This document shows, one piece after another, positions 42,199 to 55,914 of a stretch of DNA of 64,000 nucleotides. Every line of letters begins with the position of its first letter. Position 1 is the first letter of the stretch. The stretch is taken from positions 895 to 64,894 of the forward strand of contig JABEVF010000101.1 of NCBI GenBank assembly GCA_013043965.1. Reading direction: 5' to 3'. The notes under the pieces were generated by a model. That model had not been told where the DNA came from, did no database searches, and saw only the letters and a program-made list of their open reading frames with translations. Origin of the DNA: Gallionella sp. Lineage in GTDB: Bacteria > Pseudomonadota > Gammaproteobacteria > Burkholderiales > Gallionellaceae. The position numbers and the translations under genes were made by a program.

Positions 42199-43095
42199 AT
42201 GTCAAGCAAACATCCAGTGATTGCCATCACCGGCTCTTCCGGTGCGGGTACCACCACAGCCAAGCGCGCTTTTGAAAACATCTTCCGCCGTGAAAAGATC
42301 AAGGCGGCGGTCATTGAGGGCGACAGCCTACATAGCTTGGATCGCATGGCCTTCCGCGCTGCGGCTGCCGATGCGGCTAAAGCGGGTAACAACACTTTCA
42401 GCCACTTTGGCCCCGAAGCCAACCACTTCGACAAGATCGAAGGCATGTTCAAACAATACGGCGAAACCGGCATGTGCAAGCGCCGCTACTATGTTCATAG
42501 CGAACCGGAAGCCATCGAACATAACAAGCATTTCGGTTTGAAAGATTTGACGCCCGGCGTGTTTACCCCCTGGGAAGACATAGAGGCAGACTCAGATTTG
42601 CTGTTTTATGAAGGCCTGCATGGTTTGGCCGTCGATGAAAACAAAGGCATTGATGCCGGCAAATATGTCGATTTGGGTATCGGGGTTGTTCCTGTCGTGA
42701 ATCTGGAATGGATCCAGAAGATCCATCGTGATAAGGCTGAGCGTGGTTATTCAGCTGAAGCAACCGTAGATACCATCATGCGTCGCATGCCTGATTACAT
42801 CAGATTCATCACCCCACAATTTTCCCGAACACATATCAACTTTCAACGTGTCGCCACCGTTGATACTTCCAATCCTTTCATCGCCCGTGATATTCCTACC
42901 CCGGATGAAAGTTTTGTCATCTGTCGCTTCCGAGATCCGAAAGGCGTGGATTTCCAATACATGTTGAGTATGATTCCTCACTCTTTTATGTCTCGCGCGA
43001 ACACCTTAGTCGTTCCCGGCGGAAAGATGAGCTATGCAATGGAAATCATCTTGGCTCCTATCATGCATGACATGATCACGAGCAAGAAGAAATAG
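42199..43095 (+). CDS. prk: phosphoribulokinase
   Basis: P-loop VIAITGSSGAGTTT, and a full-length match to bacterial PRK (..NLEWIQKIHRDKAERGYS..TIMRRMPDYIRFITPQFS..). Confidence 0.92.
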   Translation: MSSKHPVIAITGSSGAGTTTAKRAFENIFRREKIKAAVIEGDSLHSLDRMAFRAAAADAAKAGNNTFSHFGPEANHFDKIEGMFKQYGETGMCKRRYYVHSEPEAIEHNKHFGLKDLTPGVFTPWEDIEADSDLLFYEGLHGLAVDENKGIDAGKYVDLGIGVVPVVNLEWIQKIHRDKAERGYSAEATVDTIMRRMPDYIRFITPQFSRTHINFQRVATVDTSNPFIARDIPTPDESFVICRFRDPKGVDFQYMLSMIPHSFMSRANTLVVPGGKMSYAMEIILAPIMHDMITSKKK

Positions 43096-43156
43096 TACTT
43101 TGTTGCATTTATTAAAGGGTGATTAACATAACGGGGTGACCACCCTTTTTTAACAC

Positions 43157-43200
43157 GCAGACGTAAAAAAAGCAGCCAAAGCTGCTTTTTTTACGTCTGC
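43157..43200. terminator. bidirectional intrinsic terminator between prk and atpC
   Basis: Perfect 20-bp arms gcagacgtaaaaaaagcagc (43157..43176) and gctgctttttttacgtctgc (43181..43200) with loop caaa. The A7/T7 tracts inside the arms give a U run after a GC-rich apical stem on either strand. Confidence 0.85.
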
Positions 43201-43203
43201 TGC

Positions 43204-43632
43204 TTAGTGAGCAGCGTGCTTGCGTAACTGTTTGATTGCTGCCAGCTGCGCAATCGCTTCGGCCAACTCGGCCTGTGCTTGCGCATAGTCAATATCAGAA
43301 GTGCGATTTTTCATCGCCTCTTCAGCATCTTGTTTAGCCTTCAACGCACGCGCCTCGTCCAAGTCTGCCCCGCGCATTGCGGTATCCGCCAAGATGGTGA
43401 CCACATCGGGCTGCACTTCCAACATACCCCCCGAAACATAGATCAATTCTTCAGCCTCCTGATCGGGCAACTTCAACCGCACGGAGCCCGGCTTGATACG
43501 CGTCATCAAAGCAGTATGACGGGGGTAAATACCCAACTCGCCCATTTCGCCCGGGACAATGACAACTTCGGCGAGGCCGGAAAAGATCGAGGCTTCCGCA
43601 CTTACGATGTCTACATGAACGGTCATTGCCAT
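43204..43632 (-). CDS. atpC: F0F1 ATP synthase epsilon subunit
   Basis: 142 aa ([13 protein letters not shown]...) at the last position of the atp operon. Confidence 0.93.
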   Translation of the reverse strand: MAMTVHVDIVSAEASIFSGLAEVVIVPGEMGELGIYPRHTALMTRIKPGSVRLKLPDQEAEELIYVSGGMLEVQPDVVTILADTAMRGADLDEARALKAKQDAEEAMKNRTSDIDYAQAQAELAEAIAQLAAIKQLRKHAAH

Positions 43633-43645
43633 GATTTTCCTCTAC

Positions 43646-45061
<1,416 letters not shown>

Positions 45062-45152
45062 CTAAATTAATTCTGTAATCAACCATGTGGCCGCATTAGC
45101 CAACTGTCGCTTCATCCTTAGGCTGTACTATGAATAACCTTTGCCTAATGCA

Positions 45153-46019
45153 TCAACCAACCGCTGCTGCACCGCTACAGATTTCTGAAATCTCACGGGT
45201 AATCGCAGCTTGGCGCGCTTTGTTGTACACCAATTTCAGATCTGCAATGACACTCTTCGCATTGTCCGAGGCAGCTTTCATGGCCACCATGCGTGAACTT
45301 TGCTCGGATGCCATGTTCTCCACCACGCCCTGATATACCAGCGACTCGATGTAACGCAGCAGCAATGTATCAATGATCAACTTGGCATCGGGCTCGTATA
45401 TGTAATCCCAATTACCTTTAGCTTCGCCCAACTTGTCACTCGTCAGTGGCAGCAACTGTTCCATACACGGCTCTTGCTTCATGGTGTTGACGAAATGGTT
45501 GTAACTGATATGTATCGCGTCAATCTCGCCCGCCACATAAGCATCCAACATCACTTTAACCGCGCCAATCAAGCTATCGACATGCGGAACATCGCCCAAG
45601 CCAGCCAGATGAGATTTAACCTCGGCACCGACACGGTTCATGAACCCGAAGCCCTTATTGCCAATCGCGCAGACAGCGACCGCCTTGCCCTCTGCTTCCC
45701 AAGCCTTCATACGGTTGATTGCCAAGCGCAGCACGTTGGTATTCAAACCGCCGCACAAACCCTTATCAGAGGTAACGATAATTACACCCACCTTTTTGAT
45801 GCTGTCACGCTTAACCAAAAATGGATGTTTGTATTCTGGATTCGCGCGCGAAAGATGGGCGGCAACTGCACGGATCTTTTCTGCGTAGGGGCGAGCTGCA
45901 CGCATACGCTCTTGCGCCTTACGCATCTTGGCTGCGGCGACCATTTCCATGGCGCGCGTAATCTTGCGTGTATTTTCTACACTCTTGATCTTTGCGCGTA
46001 TCTCTTTACTGCCAGCCAT
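45153..46019 (-). CDS. atpG: F0F1 ATP synthase gamma subunit
   Basis: [36 protein letters not shown] is the typical gamma N-terminus. Confidence 0.96.
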   Translation of the reverse strand: MAGSKEIRAKIKSVENTRKITRAMEMVAAAKMRKAQERMRAARPYAEKIRAVAAHLSRANPEYKHPFLVKRDSIKKVGVIIVTSDKGLCGGLNTNVLRLAINRMKAWEAEGKAVAVCAIGNKGFGFMNRVGAEVKSHLAGLGDVPHVDSLIGAVKVMLDAYVAGEIDAIHISYNHFVNTMKQEPCMEQLLPLTSDKLGEAKGNWDYIYEPDAKLIIDTLLLRYIESLVYQGVVENMASEQSSRMVAMKAASDNAKSVIADLKLVYNKARQAAITREISEICSGAAAVG

Positions 46020-46032
46020 GTGTCACCTCGAC

Positions 46033-47574
46033 TTAGTAAACAGCAGATGCTTTGAATTTTTCAATCGCGGCGGACAACAGCTTCTCGTTGTCGGCATTCA
46101 GGTCTTTAGTAGACTCGATTGCATCCATCAAGCTCTTGTTATTTGATTTCAGGTAAGCATGGACAGCCGATTCAAAAGCCAATGCTTTAGCGACCGGCAC
46201 ATTGTCGAAGTAGCCTTTATTAACCGAGAACAATGTCACGGCCATTTCAGCCACCGACAATGGACAATACTGCAACTGCTTCATCAGCTCGGTTACCAGA
46301 CGACCACGTTCCAATTGCTTGCGGGTAGCCTCATCCAAATCGGATGCGAATTGCGCAAAAGCCGCCAATTCGCGGTATTGAGCCAAAGCCAGACGCACAC
46401 CGCCACCCAGCTTCTTGATGACCTTGGTCTGAGCAGCACCACCCACGCGAGAAACCGAGATACCAGCGTTTATCGCAGGACGGATACCGGCGTTGAACAA
46501 GTCAGTTTCCAGGAAAATCTGACCGTCAGTGATCGAAATCACGTTGGTAGGTACGAATGCGGAAACGTCACCGGCTTGGGTCTCGATGATAGGCAAAGCA
46601 GTCAAAGAACCAGTCTTACCTTTAACCGCACCCTTGGTGAAGGCTTCAACATAGTCTGCATTGACACGCGCTGCACGCTCCAACAAACGGGAGTGCAAAT
46701 AAAATACGTCACCTGGATATGCTTCACGACCGGGTGGACGACGCAACAGCAGGGAGATTTGACGGTATGCCCAAGCTTGCTTGGTCAAGTCATCATAAAC
46801 AATCAGCGCATCTTCGCCACGATCACGGAAATATTCGCCCATAGTACAACCGGCATAAGGAGCCAGGAATTGCATCGCAGCCGAGTCCGACGCGGTCGCG
46901 GCAACCACAATGGTATAACCTAGGGCGCCGTGCTCTTCCAGCTTACGCACCACGTTAGCAATGGTAGATGCCTTTTGACCGATAGCCACATAGATACATG
47001 TGATGCCCTGACCCTTTTGGTTGATGATGGCATCGATTGCAACAGCTGTCTTACCCGTCTGGCGGTCGCCAATAATCAATTCGCGCTGACCGCGACCAAC
47101 CGGCACCATTGAGTCAATTGACTTAAGGCCGGTTTGTACGGGCTGGTCTACCGACTTGCGCGCGATAACACCGGGAGCAACCTTTTCAATCTTGTCGGTC
47201 ATCTTGGCATTGACCGGACCCTTGCCGTCGATGGGCTGACCCAGAGCATTCACCACTCGACCGCACAATTCAGGGCCGACGGGCACTTCCAAGATACGGC
47301 CGGTACATTTGACAGTGTCACCTTCTCTGATATGTTCGTACTCACCCAGAATAACCGCGCCAACCGAATCGCGTTCCAAGTTCAACGCCAAACCAAAGGT
47401 ATTTCCAGGGAACTCCAACATCTCACCCTGCATCACGTCCGACAGCCCATGCACACGAACAATACCGTCCGTCACGCTGACTACTGTGCCTTCAGTACGG
47501 GCTTGTGTTGCCGCATCAAAATTTTCGATGCGACTGCGAATCAAATTGCTAATTTCAGAAGGGTTGAGCTTCAT
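46033..47574 (-). CDS. atpA: F0F1 ATP synthase alpha subunit
   Basis: Starts at ATG 47574 ([19 protein letters not shown]). Walker A is GDRQTGKT. Confidence 0.98.
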   Translation of the reverse strand: MKLNPSEISNLIRSRIENFDAATQARTEGTVVSVTDGIVRVHGLSDVMQGEMLEFPGNTFGLALNLERDSVGAVILGEYEHIREGDTVKCTGRILEVPVGPELCGRVVNALGQPIDGKGPVNAKMTDKIEKVAPGVIARKSVDQPVQTGLKSIDSMVPVGRGQRELIIGDRQTGKTAVAIDAIINQKGQGITCIYVAIGQKASTIANVVRKLEEHGALGYTIVVAATASDSAAMQFLAPYAGCTMGEYFRDRGEDALIVYDDLTKQAWAYRQISLLLRRPPGREAYPGDVFYLHSRLLERAARVNADYVEAFTKGAVKGKTGSLTALPIIETQAGDVSAFVPTNVISITDGQIFLETDLFNAGIRPAINAGISVSRVGGAAQTKVIKKLGGGVRLALAQYRELAAFAQFASDLDEATRKQLERGRLVTELMKQLQYCPLSVAEMAVTLFSVNKGYFDNVPVAKALAFESAVHAYLKSNNKSLMDAIESTKDLNADNEKLLSAAIEKFKASAVY

Positions 47575-47605
47575 CTGAGTTTTCCTTATTTCAATTATTC
47601 GTTCA

Positions 47606-48136
47606 TTAGGCCAGTGCGCATGCCAATTCGGCCAGACGGGTGTTGGCAGAGCCATCAATCACCTTGTCGCCCATACGAATCACAATCCCGCCCAGCAAAG
47701 TCTTGTCTACGTTACAACCGAGTTTAATGTCGCACCCTAAGCGAATCTTTAGGGCCGCCGCAATCTTTTGCTGTTGCGCATCACTTAAAACGAAAGCTGA
47801 ACTGACAGTGACTTGCGCTGATTTTTCTGCCGCGGCACGCAAGACTTCAAACATTTCCGCGATTTCAGCGACAACCGTCAAGCGGCCGTTCTGCGTCAAC
47901 ACGCGAACAAAATTACTTTGTTCCTTATTCAGCCCGCCCATCAATTGCAACATCAACTCTTCAAGCTGGCCATGCTTAACACGCGGGCTTGACACAAGCG
48001 CCCTTATGTCAACATTCACCATCATATCGGTCAAGTCATGCATCAAAGCGGACCACCCTTTTAAGTCAGCTTGGTTTTGTGCAACTGCAAACGCTGCTTG
48101 AACGTAAGGCCGTGCGATAGTATTGGCTTCAGACAT
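47606..48136 (-). CDS. atpH: F0F1 ATP synthase delta subunit
   Basis: 176 aa ([14 protein letters not shown]...) located between atpF and atpA. Confidence 0.92.
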   Translation of the reverse strand: MSEANTIARPYVQAAFAVAQNQADLKGWSALMHDLTDMMVNVDIRALVSSPRVKHGQLEELMLQLMGGLNKEQSNFVRVLTQNGRLTVVAEIAEMFEVLRAAAEKSAQVTVSSAFVLSDAQQQKIAAALKIRLGCDIKLGCNVDKTLLGGIVIRMGDKVIDGSANTRLAELACALA

Positions 48137-48141
48137 GGCGT

Positions 48142-48612
48142 TTAAATTTCCGCGACGAGCTTGTCGAGCAAGTCATTGTGCGCTTTAGCATCAATTTCAC
48201 GACCCAGAATCTTACTCGCGCCAGCCAGTGCAATCGCAGAAACCTGCCCCCGTAATTGCTCTTTAGCACGAAACACTTCCTGATCGATTTCTGCTTTTGC
48301 ACCAGCAATGATGCGATCACCCTCCACCTTGGCTTGAGCTTTCGCCGCTTCGACAATTTCACTGGCCCGCTTTTCGCCATTGACCACAAGTTCACCGACC
48401 TTTTCCTTAGCTTCACGCAAAATTTCTGCGGAACGCTTAGCCGCCAGCTCCAAATCGCGCTTTGCTCGTTCGGCATTCGCCAAACCATCCGCGATTTGCT
48501 TTTTGCGTTGATCCAGTGCCGCCATGATTGGCGGCCAGACAAACTTCATGCAGAACCATACAAACAGTGCAAACATGATGGTTTGCGCTAGAAGAGTTGC
48601 ATTGATATTCAT
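48142..48612 (-). CDS. atpF: F0F1 ATP synthase B subunit
   Basis: N-terminal TM helix followed by a long charged helix. 156 aa. Confidence 0.92.
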   Translation of the reverse strand: MNINATLLAQTIMFALFVWFCMKFVWPPIMAALDQRKKQIADGLANAERAKRDLELAAKRSAEILREAKEKVGELVVNGEKRASEIVEAAKAQAKVEGDRIIAGAKAEIDQEVFRAKEQLRGQVSAIALAGASKILGREIDAKAHNDLLDKLVAEI

Positions 48613-48654
48613 GCAAGCTACCTTTCTTTAGTTATACGTTGTCGCTTGGCAAAC

Positions 48655-48951
<297 letters not shown>

Positions 48952-48958
48952 TTAATTT

Positions 48959-50294
<1,336 letters not shown>

Positions 50295-50322
50295 TTTTTG
50301 TCCTTTTAGGTCTAATTACTTG

Positions 50323-51174
50323 TTATTTGAGCCTGACTAAAATTTCTTCGAGCTGGTCATGATTTGTATATTCGATGACTATTTTCCCGCTACCCTTGCT
50401 TCCCGGCTTAATCTCCACGCTCGCGCCTAACTGAGCACTCACTTCTTCTTGTAGTCGCTGGGTATCGCGGCTAATCTTTTCCGATTTTGCTCTCTTCTCT
50501 TTTTCAGGCTCGCTTGTTTGTTTTTGCACCAGCTTTTCTGTTTCACGTACAGACAAGCTCTCTAGCACAATTTTATTTGCCAGCATTATCTGTTGGGCGC
50601 TCTCGACCGATAACAATGCCCGCGCATGCCCCATGTCCAACTTATTTGTCATCAACAGGTTTTGCACGGGTTGTGACAATTTTAGCAGGCGCAATAAATT
50701 ACTCGCCGCACTTCGTGACCGACCAACGGCATCTGCAGCGGTTTGATGCGTCATTTCAAATTCATCTATCAAACGTTGTATGCCCAACGCCTCTTCCAAT
50801 GGGTTAAGATTTTCGCGCTGGATATTCTCAATCAATGCCATTGCCAATGCGACATTATCTTTAACGCTTCGCACCAGTGCTGGCACATGCGTCAAGCCCG
50901 CCAATTGTGCAGCGCGCCACCGTCTTTCCCCCGCGATGATTTCATAACTATCGTCATCTAATTGACGCACCAATATCGGCTGCATTACTCCCTGCGCCTT
51001 AATCGACGACGCGAGCTCCTTCAACGATATCTCGTCCATATATGAACGAGGTTGATATTTACCGGGTTTTAGCAGCAGCACGTTTAAGTCGCGCAACACA
51101 TCGTCTTTTTCATTCTTGCTACCCGACAACAATGCATCTAAACCGCGCCCCAAGCCTTTATTTGGTCTTGCCAT
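50323..51174 (-). CDS. parB: chromosome partitioning protein ParB
   Basis: GLGRGLDALL N-terminus, ParB box GERRWRAAQLAG, and an HTH region. Confidence 0.95.
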   Translation of the reverse strand: MARPNKGLGRGLDALLSGSKNEKDDVLRDLNVLLLKPGKYQPRSYMDEISLKELASSIKAQGVMQPILVRQLDDDSYEIIAGERRWRAAQLAGLTHVPALVRSVKDNVALAMALIENIQRENLNPLEEALGIQRLIDEFEMTHQTAADAVGRSRSAASNLLRLLKLSQPVQNLLMTNKLDMGHARALLSVESAQQIMLANKIVLESLSVRETEKLVQKQTSEPEKEKRAKSEKISRDTQRLQEEVSAQLGASVEIKPGSKGSGKIVIEYTNHDQLEEILVRLK

Positions 51175-51185
51175 TTTCTTTCCTT

Positions 51186-51965
51186 TTATGCCGCTTTGAT
51201 TTTTGAACTTAAATTTAGCATTTCACCAGCGAGCGCCAAATATGCCTGAGTTCCTTTGGACGTCCTGTCGTGATACAAGGCTGGCATACCATAGCTAGGA
51301 GCTTCCGCCAGACGAATATTGCGCGGTATGACTGTGCGATACACTTTATCTCCAAAATGCGCCTCAAGTTGTGCCGATACTTGTTGCGCCAACGCATTGC
51401 GCGGGTCAAACATAGTACGTAATAAGCCCTCAATTTCTAATACTGGATTCAAACTAGCCCTTACTTTTCGAATTGTATTGACCAAATCGCTCAAACCTTC
51501 CAAGGCATAATATTCGCACTGCATCGGAATCATGACCGTTTTGGCGGCGCACAAGCCGTTCAATGTCAGCAAATTCAAAGCCGGCGGACAATCTATCAAA
51601 ACATAATCGTACTCGCTTATGACCGCCTGCAAACTTTCTTGCAAACGCATTTCCCGCTTGGGCATATCCACGAGCTCTACCTCGGCACCTGCCAATTCCC
51701 GGTTCGCTGGTAAAACATCATAACCACCCACACCCGCAGCTTTGCGGGCTTGTGCGACTGTTTTATTTCCCAGCAACACGTCGTAAACACTGGATTGCAA
51801 ATCACGTTTTTCGATGCCGCTGCCCATGGTTGCATTGCCTTGAGGATCTAAATCCACAAGCAGCACACGCTGCTTCGACTCAGCCAAACTCGCGGCCAGG
51901 TTAACAGTGGTCGTCGTTTTCCCCACCCCACCCTTTTGATTCGTGACCGCTAAAACTCTAACCAT
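51186..51965 (-). CDS. parA: chromosome partitioning ATPase ParA (Soj)
   Basis: Deviant Walker A NQKGGVGKTTT. 259 aa, upstream of parB. Confidence 0.95.
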   Translation of the reverse strand: MVRVLAVTNQKGGVGKTTTTVNLAASLAESKQRVLLVDLDPQGNATMGSGIEKRDLQSSVYDVLLGNKTVAQARKAAGVGGYDVLPANRELAGAEVELVDMPKREMRLQESLQAVISEYDYVLIDCPPALNLLTLNGLCAAKTVMIPMQCEYYALEGLSDLVNTIRKVRASLNPVLEIEGLLRTMFDPRNALAQQVSAQLEAHFGDKVYRTVIPRNIRLAEAPSYGMPALYHDRTSKGTQAYLALAGEMLNLSSKIKAA

Positions 51966-52596
51966 GTTGTTTTACTCCATTACAAGACACGACAATCAAA
52001 CTCCGCGCCGCATCTATTTTTGGCACCTGCATTGGAATTGCTTTCTCAACCCTATAACCTTCTGGCACACCCTCTAATTCTTTCTCGGCCCGCCCCTTCA
52101 TGGCCACCCAACACCCGCGCTCTGCCATCAAATGACGAGTAATTTTCAAGAACTCACTCAAGTTGGCAAACGCTCTGGATATAATTCCGTCAAACAATTT
52201 GGTCGCCTTATAATCCTCAACACGGGAGCAGCAAACACTCACATTCTTTAAGTTCAGCTCTATGATCGCCTGCTGAACGAAACCTGTTTTTTTGCTATTA
52301 CTATCCAACAAGATGAATTGCCACTGGGGGCGCGCGACGGCCAGAACCAGGCCAGGCAAACCCGCACCGCACCCTACGTCCAGCCAACGCCCGGGCCACA
52401 AATATGGCAATACCGCTAGACTATCAAGCAAGTGATGGCTTACCATTTCTTGCGGGTCACGAATCGCCGTGAGGTTATACACCTTGTTCCATTTGTGCAG
52501 TAGAGCCACATACTTCAACAGCAACCCTTGTTGCTTGGTGTCAATATTCAACCCCATTTCTTCAATTCCGGCACGCAACTCATCTGCCTGCCTCAT
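51958..52596 (-). CDS. rsmG: 16S rRNA (guanine527-N7)-methyltransferase RsmG (GidB)
   Basis: [16 protein letters not shown] and the SAM motif [15 protein letters not shown]. The ATGA overlaps the mnmG stop. Confidence 0.93.
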   Translation of the reverse strand: MRQADELRAGIEEMGLNIDTKQQGLLLKYVALLHKWNKVYNLTAIRDPQEMVSHHLLDSLAVLPYLWPGRWLDVGCGAGLPGLVLAVARPQWQFILLDSNSKKTGFVQQAIIELNLKNVSVCCSRVEDYKATKLFDGIISRAFANLSEFLKITRHLMAERGCWVAMKGRAEKELEGVPEGYRVEKAIPMQVPKIDAARSLIVVSCNGVKQHG

Positions 52597-54494
52597 GCTC
52601 CGCCCTGCGTTGCAACACCGCCTCGAAATCCGCGCTTCAAATGCACCAGCAACAAAGAAATCGCAGCCGGAGTAATCCCAGAGATTCTTGCCGCCTGAGC
52701 TATTGTTTGGGGTTTAAACTGATTTAACTTTTGTTGCACTTCAATCGACAACCCATGCACATCGCAATAATTCAAACCTTCCGGGAACACCAAAGTCTCA
52801 TACTGCTGCGCCCGATCAATTTCTTCGCGCTGCCGCTCAATATAGCCTTGATATTTAGCTTGTATCTCGACCTGTTCGGACACTTTTTTATCTGGCACAG
52901 CGTCTCCCGCGCCAGATAAAGTCATCAGTGATTCATAATTCACACCCGGGCGGCGCAACAATTCATAAAGCGCGTACTCTCGTTCTATCGGCCTACCCAA
53001 TACGCACACCGCATTTTCATACGTCAACATACGAGGATTGACCCAGGTTTGACGTAGACGTTGCTCTTCTAACACTATCGACTCTCTTTTTTTATCGAAA
53101 GCCTGCCACCGCGCATCGTCAACTATGCCCAGCTTTCTACCCATTTCCGTTAAACGCAGATCGGCATTATCTTCACGCAATTGCAAACGATACTCAGCCC
53201 GACTAGTAAACATCCGATAAGGCTCGGTCACACCACTAGTTATCAAATCGTCCACCAACACCCCAAGATAAGCCTCGTCACGTCCCGGACACCAAGCATC
53301 CCTGCCTTTTACTTGCAACGCCGCATTTAATCCCGCCAGCAAACCCTGGGCAGCCGCCTCCTCATACCCGGTTGTACCATTGATTTGACCCGCAAAGAAC
53401 AACGCATGAATTACTTTGTTTTCCAAAGAGTTTTTAAGCCCAATCGGATTAAAGTAATCATATTCTATGGCATATCCAGGACGCAAAATATGAGCATTCT
53501 CCAAACCCCTGATGGAACGAACCAAATCCCATTGCACATCGAACGGCAAGCTGGTTGAAATCCCATTGGGGTATACCTCATTAGTGGTCAATCCTTCCGG
53601 CTCTAGAAAAATTTGATGGGAGTCTTTGTCAGAGAAACGCGTTATTTTATCCTCGATAGATGGGCAATAACGCGGCCCCACACCCTCAATAACACCAGTA
53701 AACAACGGCGAGCGATCCAATCCAGCGCGAATAATATCGTGCGTGCGCAGACTGGTTTCAGTTATCCAACAAGGCAACTGGCTAGGGTGCTGTGCGGCAC
53801 TCCCCATAAATGAAAATACCGGAACCGGGTCATCGCCGGCCTGCTCCTGCATCAACGCATAATTGATAGTTCGCCCATCTATGCGCGGAGGGGTTCCTGT
53901 CTTTAATCGGCCCACAGGTAAACTCAACTCGCGTAAACGATGGGCAAGGCTAATAGATGGGGGATCTCCCGCCCTTCCTGCCGAATAACTAGCCTGCCCA
54001 ACATGAATCAAACCCGAAAGAAACGTCCCCGCCGTAAGCACCACCGCTTTAGCACTAAACCGCAAACCCAATTGCGTAATCACCCCCACAACCCGATCCT
54101 GGTCGACCAACAAGTCATCGACAGCCTGCTGAAACAACCAAAGATTTGGCTGGTTTTCCAAGCGCCTGCGTATTGCCTGTTTATACAGCAGCCGATCAGC
54201 TTGCGCACGCGTTGCGCGCACCGCGTGGCCTTTGCTTGCGTTTAGGATACGGAACTGAATTCCACTTTCATCGGTAGCTGCCGCCATGACACCGCCCAAC
54301 GCATCCAATTCTTTAACCAAATGCCCCTTCCCTATCCCCCCTATGGATGGATTGCAAGACATCTGACCCAGCGTTTCAATATTGTGACTTAACAACAAAG
54401 TAGCGCAACCCGCGCGCGCACTTGCAAGAGCCGCTTCTGTGCCTGCATGTCCCCCGCCAACCACAATCACATCGAACGTTTTTGGAAAATTCAT
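52593..54494 (-). CDS. mnmG: tRNA uridine 5-carboxymethylaminomethyl modification enzyme MnmG (GidA)
   Basis: FAD motif [15 protein letters not shown] plus [17 protein letters not shown]. 633 aa. Confidence 0.97.
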   Translation of the reverse strand: MNFPKTFDVIVVGGGHAGTEAALASARAGCATLLLSHNIETLGQMSCNPSIGGIGKGHLVKELDALGGVMAAATDESGIQFRILNASKGHAVRATRAQADRLLYKQAIRRRLENQPNLWLFQQAVDDLLVDQDRVVGVITQLGLRFSAKAVVLTAGTFLSGLIHVGQASYSAGRAGDPPSISLAHRLRELSLPVGRLKTGTPPRIDGRTINYALMQEQAGDDPVPVFSFMGSAAQHPSQLPCWITETSLRTHDIIRAGLDRSPLFTGVIEGVGPRYCPSIEDKITRFSDKDSHQIFLEPEGLTTNEVYPNGISTSLPFDVQWDLVRSIRGLENAHILRPGYAIEYDYFNPIGLKNSLENKVIHALFFAGQINGTTGYEEAAAQGLLAGLNAALQVKGRDAWCPGRDEAYLGVLVDDLITSGVTEPYRMFTSRAEYRLQLREDNADLRLTEMGRKLGIVDDARWQAFDKKRESIVLEEQRLRQTWVNPRMLTYENAVCVLGRPIEREYALYELLRRPGVNYESLMTLSGAGDAVPDKKVSEQVEIQAKYQGYIERQREEIDRAQQYETLVFPEGLNYCDVHGLSIEVQQKLNQFKPQTIAQAARISGITPAAISLLLVHLKRGFRGGVATQGGA

Positions 54495-54554
54495 AAACTA
54501 AAACCCGTAAAGAACTTGCATCATACAACAGTCGCAACACAAACCAGGAGGGAT

Positions 54555-54570
54555 TGTTTCACGTGGAACA
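54555..54570. promoter_or_regulatory. parS (ParB binding site), perfect consensus
   Basis: TGTTTCACGTGGAACA in the 82-bp mnmG-mnmE spacer. It is the exact reverse complement of the site at 61064..61079 and a full match to the consensus tGTTNCACGTGAAACa. Confidence 0.85.
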
Positions 54571-54576
54571 CGTTTT

Positions 54577-55914
54577 TTATTTGCCAATGCAGAATCGGCT
54601 GAAAATCTCACCCAGCAAATCATCGGCTGTAAACTCCCCGGTTATGCTGTTCAGTGCGTACTGAGCCAACCTTAACTCCTCCGCGAAAAACTCAGGGTGA
54701 TCAATTACATTTTCAGCCAGAAAGAGCCTTGATTCCGCCTCCTGCAAAGCCAGCAAGTGCCGTTCTCTGGCCATAAATAGCCCGCTCTCTATGTTGCTCC
54801 AGCCTATCATTTGCAGCATTTTTTGGCGCAACTCAGGTATCCCCTCACCAGTTTTTGCCGAAACGGCAACCTCCTTGTCGACCTCTTGATTAATTTCGTT
54901 TTTTTGTAGCAAGTCAATCTTGTTAAACACGTGCAATTGGGGGATTCCCGATGGTAAAGAGGCAATGATTCCGCTCTCTTCTAGGCTGATGGGTTGATTG
55001 GCTTCGCGCAGCAATAGAATAAGATCAGCTTTTTTCAATGTTTGACGGGTTAAGGCGATACCCATTTTCTCAATCTCGTCCTCAGAGTCACGCAACCCGG
55101 CTGTGTCCATGATATGAAAAGGTATTCCTTCGATATGAATCTCTTTGCATATGACATCTCTTGTTGTGCCGGGAACATCACTAACCAAGGCAACCTGCTC
55201 GCCAGACAAATAATTAAGCAGGCTGGACTTACCCACGTTGGGCTGCCCGACTAAAACGACGTAGGCTCCTTCCCTCAACAAACTCCCTTGTTTGGCGGCA
55301 TCCAGTGTCTTCTTTAGCCCGCTTTGAATTTTCTGTAGCTGAGTGTTTCTCCGCCACACATCGACACTCTCAATGTCTTCTTCGGGAAAATCCAACATTG
55401 CCTCAACTAGCATTCGCAGATTGACCAGATCCGAAACCGTATTTTGAACAGCGGCGGAAAAGTCACCTTGCAAAGAACGCATCGCGCTGCGTGCAGCCTG
55501 TGTGGTTGTCGCATCTATCAAATCAGCAACCGCTTCCGCCTGGGCAAGATCTAACTTGTCATTTAAATAAGCTCGGCGTGTGAATTCGCCTGGCTCCGCA
55601 AGCCTTGCACCTAGACAAATACAGCGCTGCAAAACCATCTGCAAGACGGCAGCCCCCCCGTGCCCGTGTAATTCAAGTACGTCCTCCCCGGTGTAAGAAT
55701 GTGGGGCGACAAAAAACAACACAAGGCCTTGATCTATAGGCTGACCGTTAGCGTCGGGGAAATTTGCAAAATGTGCATATCTAGGCTTAGGAGAAAGTCC
55801 AAGAATTAATTCGGCAATTGCGGCGGTCTGTGACCCCGAAACGCGCACAATCCCGATACCACCACGGCCCCGGGCCGTGGCAATAGCGACTATCGTATCA
55901 GTGCTTGTCAGCAA
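54577..55914 (-). CDS. mnmE: tRNA modification GTPase MnmE (TrmE)
   Basis: DTIVAIATARGRGGIGIVRVSG, G1 motif GQPNVGKSSLLN, and C-terminal FCIGK. Confidence 0.96.
   Translation of the reverse strand: MLTSTDTIVAIATARGRGGIGIVRVSGSQTAAIAELILGLSPKPRYAHFANFPDANGQPIDQGLVLFFVAPHSYTGEDVLELHGHGGAAVLQMVLQRCICLGARLAEPGEFTRRAYLNDKLDLAQAEAVADLIDATTTQAARSAMRSLQGDFSAAVQNTVSDLVNLRMLVEAMLDFPEEDIESVDVWRRNTQLQKIQSGLKKTLDAAKQGSLLREGAYVVLVGQPNVGKSSLLNYLSGEQVALVSDVPGTTRDVICKEIHIEGIPFHIMDTAGLRDSEDEIEKMGIALTRQTLKKADLILLLREANQPISLEESGIIASLPSGIPQLHVFNKIDLLQKNEINQEVDKEVAVSAKTGEGIPELRQKMLQMIGWSNIESGLFMARERHLLALQEAESRLFLAENVIDHPEFFAEELRLAQYALNSITGEFTADDLLGEIFSRFCIGK

Noticed and set aside
50539-50554. parS-like sequence TGTTTCACGTACAGAC inside parB.
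   Set aside because: Only the left half-site matches; the right half is divergent (about 11/16 overall). It is probably not a functional ParB site, though it could be a decayed one.
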